A stretch of DNA of 46,378 nucleotides, the filler included, from Jimgerdemannia flammicorona (taxonomy: Eukaryota), in NCBI GenBank assembly GCA_003990765.1. It is 2 parts of 2 records of this genome, joined end to end, with 100 filler letters (N's around TTAATTAATTAA, not from the genome) between each part and the next. Parts side by side here need not be neighbours in the genome. Positions count along the whole stretch, not along the records: positions 23,240 to 46,378 come from RBNJ01001153.1; 1 more part is not named here. One strand, 5' to 3'. Under the pieces are notes generated by a model, which had not been told where the DNA came from, did not search any database, and saw only the letters and a list, made by a program, of their open reading frames with translations. Made by a program: the position numbers and the translations under genes. Shown one piece after another: positions 38,026 to 46,378 of this stretch. How positions within the stretch are numbered: position 1 is the first letter of the stretch; the number at the start of each line of letters is the position of its first letter.

Positions 38026-38367
38026 GTGACATAAGACGTATATATCTCCCAACACAGAGATGGTGTGCGAGAGAGGTAGTGGTGCCAGAGAGGAGGAAGG
38101 CCGATATCAACATCGTTGTGGACACCAATTGCGAATGGAAAGGTTCCACTCCAACGACCGGAAAACACAAATAGTTAAGCCCCACCCCCCTCTCCCCGTC
38201 TCGCGACGGCATTCAGTTCACGAAAACCGCACTGGTCATCTGGCTGATCTGAATATATATATATATGGATACAACAGGCAAAGGAAGTATGGGCCAGGAA
38301 CAGTATCTGGAACAGCACTAGCATATCTGACATATATGCATTCTGGTTGTGCTATTTCGAGCTCTAC

Positions 38368-38465
38368 TAGTGCTCCCAACGAATCGAATTATAGGCCAAT
38401 TCGATTCGATTCGATTCGATTCGAATCAACCCCGATCCGAATTGATTCGATTAGTTTGGGAGCAC
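38368..38465. mobile_element. ~100-bp hAT-family MITE
   Basis: TAGTGCTCCCAACGAATCGAAT ... ATTCGATTAGTTTGGGAGCAC inverted ends with internal (ATTCG)n. Same terminal octamer as the hAT ends at 229, 8992 and 46139. The right end lacks the final TA and there is no clean TSD. Confidence 0.75.
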
Positions 38466-38554
38466 GCTACTGAATAAATTGGAGTTATAATTTTATTATT
38501 ATTATAAATCTATGAAATAAAATTGTAACTAAAGCTAATTTACAACGATTGATG

Positions 38555-40131
38555 AAAGACAACTAAGCCATGAACGCTAAACCCGGAACAGTACAGAACG
38601 ATGACAACTAAGCGCAGAATGGCAACGAACGACGACTAAGCACCGAACGACTAAGCCCAGAACAACAAAGACTAAGCTTATAACAACAACGGCTAAGTGC
38701 AGAACAATGGCGACCAGAACGATAATGACTAAGCGCAGAACGATGGTGATGACTAAGCGCAGAATGATGGCGATGACAACTAAGCGCAGAATGATGGCGA
38801 TGACGACTAAGCGCAGAATGGCGATAAGCCCAGAACGACCAAGCCCAGAACGATGATGACTACGACGGACGACGGACGATGGACGATGGATGACGGACGA
38901 ACGATGAATGATGGCTAAGCGTAGAACGGCGATAAACGACGACGACTAAGCGCAGAACTACGATGAACGACAGCGACTAACACCGACCAAGCGCAGAGCG
39001 ATGACGACGATTAAGCACAGAACGACGACGATGACGACTAAGCGCAGAACGACGATGAACGACGATGAACGACGACTAAACCCCGAATAGTAAGCACAGA
39101 ACGGCAATGAACGACGACTATGCACAGAACGACGATGATGACGGCTAAGAGCAGAACGGCGATGAACGACGAGCAAACCCAGAACAGTGCATCACGATGA
39201 CAACTAAGCGCAGAACGGCAATGAACGACGACTAAGCACAGAACGACAATGATGGCGACTAAGCGCAGAACGATGATGAACAGCGACTAAACCCAGAACA
39301 GTGCATAACGATGATAACTAAGCGCAGAACGATGATGAACAGCGACTAAACCCAGAACAGTGCATAACGATGATAACTAAGCGCAGAACGGCAATGAACG
39401 ACGACTAAACCCAGAACAGTGCATCACGGTGACAACTTAGCGAAGAACGGCAATGAACCACAGAACGGCAGTGATGACGACTAAGCGCAGAACGACGACT
39501 AAATCCAGAACAGTGCATCGCGATGACAACTTAGCGCAGAACGGCAATGAACGACGACTAAGCACCGAACGGCGAAGCCCAGAACAACGCAAAATGATGA
39601 TGAACGACAACCAAGCATGAACGACGACTAAAACCAGAGGCAGCAATGAATGACGGCAAGACCCAGAATAGCACAGAATGATGAAGACTAAGCGCAGAAT
39701 GGCAATGAACGACAACTAAGCACCGAACAGCGATGAATGACTAAGCACTGAAAGGCGATGAACGACTAAGCCCAGAGAGGTGATGAACGACGACGACTAA
39801 GCGCAGAGCGATGACGCCAACTAAGCGCAGAGCAGTAATGAGCGACGACCAAGAGCAGAATGACAATGAACGACGACTAAACCCAGAGCAGTGATAAACG
39901 GCGACTAAGCAGAAGGGCAATGAACGACGACTTAGAACCAAACGGCGATGAAGGACTAAGTGCAGAAAGGTGGTGAACAACGACGACTAAGCACAGAGCG
40001 ATGACGACGGCCAAGCGCAGAACGGCAACGAACGATGATGAACGACAATGATTAAGCACGACGGATGACGGACGATAGACGATGGGTGATGGACAGAACA
40101 ATGATGACGACGACGGACGATGGACGACTAC
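38555..40131. repeat. ~1.6 kb complex minisatellite (core GACTAAGCGCAGAACG with ACG/ATG/AAC-rich linkers)
   Basis: Dozens of degenerate cores, with higher-order duplications at ~39180-39560. No long ORF. Confidence 0.9.
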
Positions 40132-40607
40132 CAAGTGGCTTCTAGCTGCCGCGAAATATTTTCAGAATGACCCCAAGACCAAACCACAGCGAAAATTCTC
40201 CAAATGATCTCCCAAGATGCGAAGGCCTAACCACTGCGAAAGTCTAAGGTGTATTCACAGAGCGATTTCGGCGGTTCGTCATTGCAGCGGGGTGTAGGGA
40301 GGCCGTGGAGTGCAGTGCGTTCACGGTAGGGTGCCTTGTGGCAGTGGGGGAGGGAATGATTACGGCAGTTTGTCGTTACAGCAGGGTGTAGAGTATGGGC
40401 TTAGGCAAGAGAGGCAGGGGGGATGAGGGAAAGAGCAGTGTGGCGCATGCCAAGACAATGAAAGTAGGAATAGCAATAAGTATCGCTTACGCCGAACTGA
40501 CCATTAGCCACGCAATGTCGATTTTCCGATCTTTCGTCCGATGGTCCGGTTGGCATCTGAATTCCAGATACCGATATCGGGAGAATCGGACTCCACATAT
40601 AACATTA

Positions 40608-41489
40608 GGGGCGTTCACACATCAGAATTTCACGTCCGAATTTCAAATTCAGAATTTATATGGCTTTAGACACATAGACCAATCAGAAATGAATTCTGTT
40701 GGAGAGGTGTTAATGAGCCTTTTTTTTGTGTCCAGATTTCTTCAGCCAGACATTCAATCCTTCTTGCTCTTCTTTTTTTTTTTTTTTTTTCCATTAACAC
40801 CACCATTTACTCTACTTTGAACCAACAATTGCTTCCCCACCTGACAATATCTGAAGTGAGCAAGTGTAAGCATTTGCACCAAGTACTGAATGACTTCATC
40901 ACTGCCAAACTTCTTCTGAATATCATATTTGATAATGATAATGATGATGATGAGGAGGAGGAGGAGGAGGAGGAGGAGGATCTTTTAATAGACTTGATTG
41001 GGCTAGAGATATCAAATATAGCAAGTATGCAGATACTAATAGAGATATAATAGTATTTGCCATATAGAAGAAGGTACTCAAATTAAACTTTTTTGAAATT
41101 TTGATAAAGTATAATATAAGCAGTAGTATAAGAGTATTCAGATAAGTAAAAAAATATTTAATATCATTATTTATTTGCTGAAAAATAATGTGAATTTCTA
41201 GAATTATTCTTTCTATTCTTAAGTACTAGTTGTTATAGATAATAGTTACTTTTTATCAATTATAATAGGTCTAATATTTATAAGCTAGTAGCAAAATGAA
41301 AAATAGATAAGAGAACTATAGAGTTATTTATAAAAATCAGAAGTAATATTGTAAAGTAGCCTAATATATCAGAGTAGTAATAATTGTAAACAAACTACAA
41401 AATACTCATTATTTTTTAAGTTATATTGATTTTATAGATAAGACCTCTATTATTCTTAAAATGGAGTCTTTAATTAATAGTATAACATA
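40608..41489 (+). mobile_element. 5' part of a degenerate PIF/Harbinger transposon
   Basis: TTA (40605-40607) followed by a GGGGCGTTCACAC TIR-like end. Decayed transposase motifs (IVK*PN for VKWP; SYIDFIDKTSIIL for CIGFIDGT.I.L) near 41350-41460. Confidence 0.6.
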
Positions 41490-44400
41490 TCTGGCTCAAT
41501 GGAGATAAATCACAAGGTTGGGGGTTGATTTAGTTTGGCTTAAGCCCCTAGTTACTTTGTTAAAAAGTAATAAAATATTCTAAAATTTCTAAAGTCCTTT
41601 GGTGTTTAGTAATATAATAGTCAATCTGGATATAATGGTAGTTCTCCATTTGTATGATAGTGATTTCCTTATTGAGACAGTTCTCTGAGTATAGCAGCAA
41701 TTTGTATATGGTACAGATATTCCTTATGTAGGCAATTTCTACATGATGATCTCTGTATATTATGAATAGATTCCTTATGCAGGACAATCTGGTAATTTAG
41801 TGATTTCCTTCTTAAGTAGCAGTGATCTTGACATGATGATCTCTGTATAGTGCAATAGATTCTTTATGTAATTTCTATATAACAATTATATTTCTAAAAG
41901 TATGCAATTTCTAGCAGAACAATCTTAGTAGTATTCTTTATATAGATTTGGTAGATAGCTTGATTCAGTAGATAACTTAGATGACTTGGATAACTTGGAT
42001 AATTTGGATAACTTAGATAGCTCAGAAGTCATGGATTCTTAGTAAAGTTATATCAAAGACCAGCTTTATTTAGGGTTATATTGTAGACTGACTCTACTGT
42101 GAAGTTATATCAAATAGACTGGCTTGTGATAAGAATAGCAAGCTCTCTGAGAATGGTGGATAATGCAGATTCTTCTCAAATTAGCAGACTTCTTTTGAAA
42201 AACAGACTTGTTCTTTATATCAGAAAGTAGACTGGAGTGGGGAAAATAAGCTTATAATCTTCTAGCAGTGGCTGTAGAGTTCCTTTTAAAGTATGGTAGA
42301 CAGACTTGTCTTTTGCTTTTTGAACTTTTCAGACTGAGATTTATTCACTCTTATCTCTGGGATATTTTATATAGTTATAGTTGCTATCTGGTTACAATAT
42401 TGCTAATTATAGATTACTATCTATGGTAGGTATATCTGGATAATACAGTGTACTGAACTAATATAGTATATCTACTCAATATAGTATACTGGACTGATAT
42501 AAGTAAACATACTCTCAGACCTTTCTTCAGTAACATTCAGATTATACAACCTTTTGGTAATACTTTCAACATAGTTTCTGGAGAAGAACTATTAGTATTA
42601 TGGTAACTGATGAGCATTCTAAGGTGTATACTAGGCAGGATGGCCTGGGTATATTTAACTGACAGTATGTAAAGAGGGGCCCTGGCTTGGGAGAAAGTAT
42701 GAGAGACCTATTGGCAGGTGGATGTGGTAGGGGAGGGGACAGTACTGGAGGTCAGGGAACAGAGAGAGTGAGTTTTATAGACAAGATGAAGGGAGGTCAG
42801 CAAGAGGCTAGATTGGAAGGCTGGCTTAGGAGGGGCAAGGAGATAGTGAAGACTATAGAGCAGTAGCCTTAAGGGAGAGTCTCTCTGGATTACTGGAGTA
42901 GTGGGGCTGGTAGAGTAGAGGCTGAGGGAGTGACTACTGATGAGAGCATGATGGGTGATCAGGAAAAAAATCTAGATGGGACTACTGATGGTGAACTAAG
43001 TAGTTGAAAAGACACAAGGCCTAGCAATCTGACCAATAGTGTAATTGGACTGGTGGTGGCACTGTTACTCAAGAAGTCAATCTTGGAGTTTGCAGTCACC
43101 TTGTATTTCTAAGGCTTGGTGGTGATGGCAAAAATGGTCCTGGGGCTGATTGCCAAGCAGGTGGCTAGAGTGGTATCCATGAAGTTTCTAAAGAGACTGG
43201 AAGGAGTGAAGTTTGGCTTCAAGGAGGCTGGACCATTGGAGGAGACTCTGAGGGTGGGGTTGATAGTTGGAGAGGTATATGTTCTGATAGTGTATTGCTT
43301 GAGGTGGAACCCCAGGGTAGTACAGCTGCTGGTGAAGAGTGTATCCATGATGACTGCTGAGGAGACAAGGAGGAGAGTTGTGGAAGTCATGGCTGAGTAT
43401 GGTGAGGTAGTTGATGTTGGATTTTAGGTCTAGGAGGAGACCTCTTTCAGAACTAGAGATGTTGATATGCATATTCAGTTAGCAGAGAAGGGAAGGCTAG
43501 AGACTGGTCTTTGGTGATAATCTGGGGGGCTATCTTGTACAAGGTGGTGAGGGTGAAGGGGAGTGAGGAGGAGGAAGAGGATCTGCTGAAGGCACTGGAA
43601 GAGCTGAGTAGTGCTGTAGAGTAGAGGGTGAAGGCTTGAAAGATATATATCAAGTTAACACATTTGGAAGTAGTGGATGAAAAGAGGATTCAAGTAGATA
43701 AGGGGTGGTGGGATAGATCCCAAGAATGCAATAGGCAGAGGGAGCTGTTAGCAAAACTGGATAGCAAGACAAAGAAGGATGCTGGTGATATTGAAATTGT
43801 TGGGGGAGCTAAGGAGAGCATCTGGGCTGATAAGGATAGAGCAAATACAGAGAAGGAGCTGGGAGGGAGAGAGGAGGAGAAAGGAAATAACCCTTATACT
43901 GATAGTACCTTTGAGGTCTGGGAGCCATCTCTAACCCCTACACTGCTTATTAAAAGAGGTCTAGCTTCAAGGGGCAGGGTGGCAGAGGATGTGCCCATGG
44001 GGGGAGCCCAGAGGGTACACTTTGGAGTTTCAGAGGTGGCAAAGGGGAGACAGGTAGTGGTGGTGGGTAAGGGTGAACTGGTGGATGTTCAGGAGGAGAA
44101 GTGGGATGAGGCTACAAGTGCAAGAACTGATATCTCAATACTAGATAGAGGGTGGCCAGCAACTCCCAGGGGGAAGAAGGTGGGAAATCTGCTATGAATG
44201 TGCAGGATGATGAATAACTTTGCAGTGGAGGAATTGGGAGAGGTAGATCTGTGAGTGATGAGTAATGAGCATTGGATATATATTCTGTATAATAAGAGTG
44301 TAGTGGAGGTGCTGAAGGCAGAGATTCTTACAGTTTTCTTGGAGGAGGAAGGGTATGAGGTTGATAAGAAGAGGGAAGCTGGGCTGGCAGTTACTGCTGG

Positions 44401-46138
44401 TGAAAGGGCTGCTTTCTGTTGGGCAGAGTGGTATGGATTACAGCTCTGGCAAGAGGCCTGCCTGGAATATCATGAGGAATTCAAGGAGAAGGAGGATAGA
44501 GAGCTTGCAGAACTTCTGGTTGAACTGGAGGCTAAGAGAACTGAAGAGAAGACAGTAGCTGTAGAACATAATCTGGATCTGACTTAGGAGAAGATAAACA
44601 TGAAGTAGTAGAGAATATCAGTACTATTATACATTATTCCTTATGAATAGTACAACCAACATTTTCTCTTTAAATATGAATGGGCTCTGAGATTCATTAT
44701 ATCAATGGAATATTTTTGCTTGGCTAAAGAGATTGGAGACCAATCTTTTTCTTTTGTAGGATATTAGGTATGAGGATGATTTGGACAAACTGGAATGGGC
44801 AAAGGAATAGGGAGGGGAAGTGGTTTAGAAGAGCAAGGTTGGAATTCTGGTCAGGAAGGGTAGAGGGGAGATATGGAATGTATAGAACTGAGGAGATAGG
44901 CTGATCTGGGGTGAGTGGATTTGCACTAGGTAGGAACTGGTTATAGTTGGATCCTGTTACTATCCTATAGTGAGGGGTGAATGGGTAGAGTGGGTGAAAG
45001 GTCTACAAGAGGAAGGGACTCTGGTAGGGGCTATAGTGAATGTGCTTGGAGGGGACTTTAATATAGTCAGAGATGCTTTGTTGAATAGAACTGATAGAGG
45101 GCAGGGGGTGGAGGATAAGAGTGGAGGCTTGGAGGTATGAGAGAAGATAGAGAGACTGAGTGCTTTAGTGGATACTGGTAGAGAGCTATGGGGTGATAGA
45201 AGGGTATATACTTATTGGGTGAGTGGTCTGGAGATAAGGATCAACTGAATTTTGACAGCAGACTGCTGGGATCTGGATGTTTGGGGGTCTCTGGAGGTGG
45301 AATAGTGAGGCTGTAAGGATTTATTGGAGGGAGAGGCTGGAAGATAGCAGAGGAAGAAGAGGGCATGGGCCTCTGCTAGATTGATAAGGCTGTTAGAAGA
45401 TTGGACAGATCTGGTGGCCCTGGAGAGAGTGGAGGATTGGAGATTGCTTCAGGCAAGAATAGAGGTTATGGAGCTGCAACAGGTATTGCAGGAGGAGGAG
45501 GAAGTACAGATGTAGAGTATGGCAGCACATCTCCATTGGCAGGGGCTGGAGGAAGGAGAGAGGCCCTCTAAGTTTCTCACAAGGGCCCTTCAGACAAGGA
45601 GAGTTCAACAGAGATGAGAGGGAGTTCTCAATTCTGAGGGGTCACTGGTGCATGGTATATAAGACATTCTCAGATCTCTGAAGGAGAAGTAGAGTGGCTT
45701 GTAGAGTGAGGAGGAGGGTGGGGCTGATGATGCCTTTATTGGTATTTCCTTAGAGGATTGGCACCTGCCACAGGCAAAAGGATTGGACAATCTGGTAATG
45801 CTGGTACAGGAGGAGAAGATTTACCAGGTTCTTGCTACAACTACATTAGGTACAGCACCAGGGGAGGATCCTGTCTTGAGCATGCTGGAAGAAGATGGTA
45901 GATGTCTCTGGTGTACTAGGAGAACTGAGAGCACTCTGTGATTTGGTACTGTAGTCAGAGAGATGGGTAGGGGAGCAGGATTTGGGACTAATGGTACTAC
46001 TGTATAAGAACAAGAGAAGAAGGGAGAACTGGAGGAACTGGAGGCCAATCATACTTCTGGACATAGACAGGAAGTTTATTACTAAAGTGGTAGTAGTGAG
46101 GCTGCAGAAGGTGGCCCAGCAGGTCTTGGGGGTAGAGC
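41490..46138 (+). mobile_element. Degenerate LINE (ORF1, APE endonuclease, start of RT), related to the LINE at 1571-3826
   Basis: IFSLNMNGL (~44660), VLGGDFNIV (~45045) and NWRNWRPIILLDIDRKFITKVVVVRLQKVAQQVLG (~46030-46135). The 5' boundary is uncertain, and 41490-42600 may be a separate repeat. Confidence 0.82.
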
Positions 46139-46378
46139 TAGTGCTCCTAACGAGTCAATTTAATCCGGATTGGATTTGGATTGATTCGGATTGAATCCCA
46201 TCCGGATCAACTCGGATGGGATTCGAATCCCATCCGGATGGATTCGAATCAGATTCGAATCGGATTCGAATCGGATTCGAATCAACCATTGTTTTGATTT
46301 CCAAATTAGACAATTAAATGTTTACATCAATAATTTGATGAATAATCATCCAAATTTGATGATCTTGGTGTCATTTGA
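46139..46378. mobile_element. Terminus of a young hAT element inserted in the LINE RT
   Basis: The RT frame breaks at TAGTGCTCCTAACG, followed by intact ATCCG/ATTCG subterminal repeats. It runs off the end of the window. Confidence 0.85.

Noticed and set aside
38555..40131. CRISPR-like repeat/spacer appearance
   Set aside because: The linkers are short, low-complexity and similar to each other, there are no cas genes, and the context is eukaryotic.

Overview
Eukaryotic (fungal) genomic DNA with GT-AG introns. The gene families (LaeA-like methyltransferase, 'WIPYDR'-type TKL kinase, IFI6/IFI27-like peptides) suggest a Mucoromycota fungus, possibly Endogonales-like; this is inference. An artificial 100-bp linker (N44-TTAATTAATTAA-N44, 23140-23239) splits the window into two pieces that may not be adjacent. 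Piece 1 begins with a ~17 kb nest of dead transposons: a Ty3/Gypsy element, a hAT inserted into it, and a LINE inserted into the hAT, with target-site duplications still visible. They carry heavy C-to-T/G-to-A mutation that looks RIP-like. Three genes follow: a TRIM-like RING/B-box/coiled-coil protein, a LaeA-like methyltransferase and a His-rich membrane protein. Piece 2 has two IFI27/ISG12-like genes in a ~1 kb inverted duplication with CCAAT-box arrays, a foldback palindrome, a TKL pseudokinase with an unrecognised C-terminal domain, an interrupted small ORF and a multi-C2HC zinc-finger gene. It ends with a hAT MITE, a 1.6 kb CpG-rich satellite and a second nest (Harbinger, LINE, young hAT). 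The main leads are animal-immunity-like gene families in a fungus and RIP-like hypermutation, probably outside Dikarya. No tRNA, rRNA or CRISPR array was seen.
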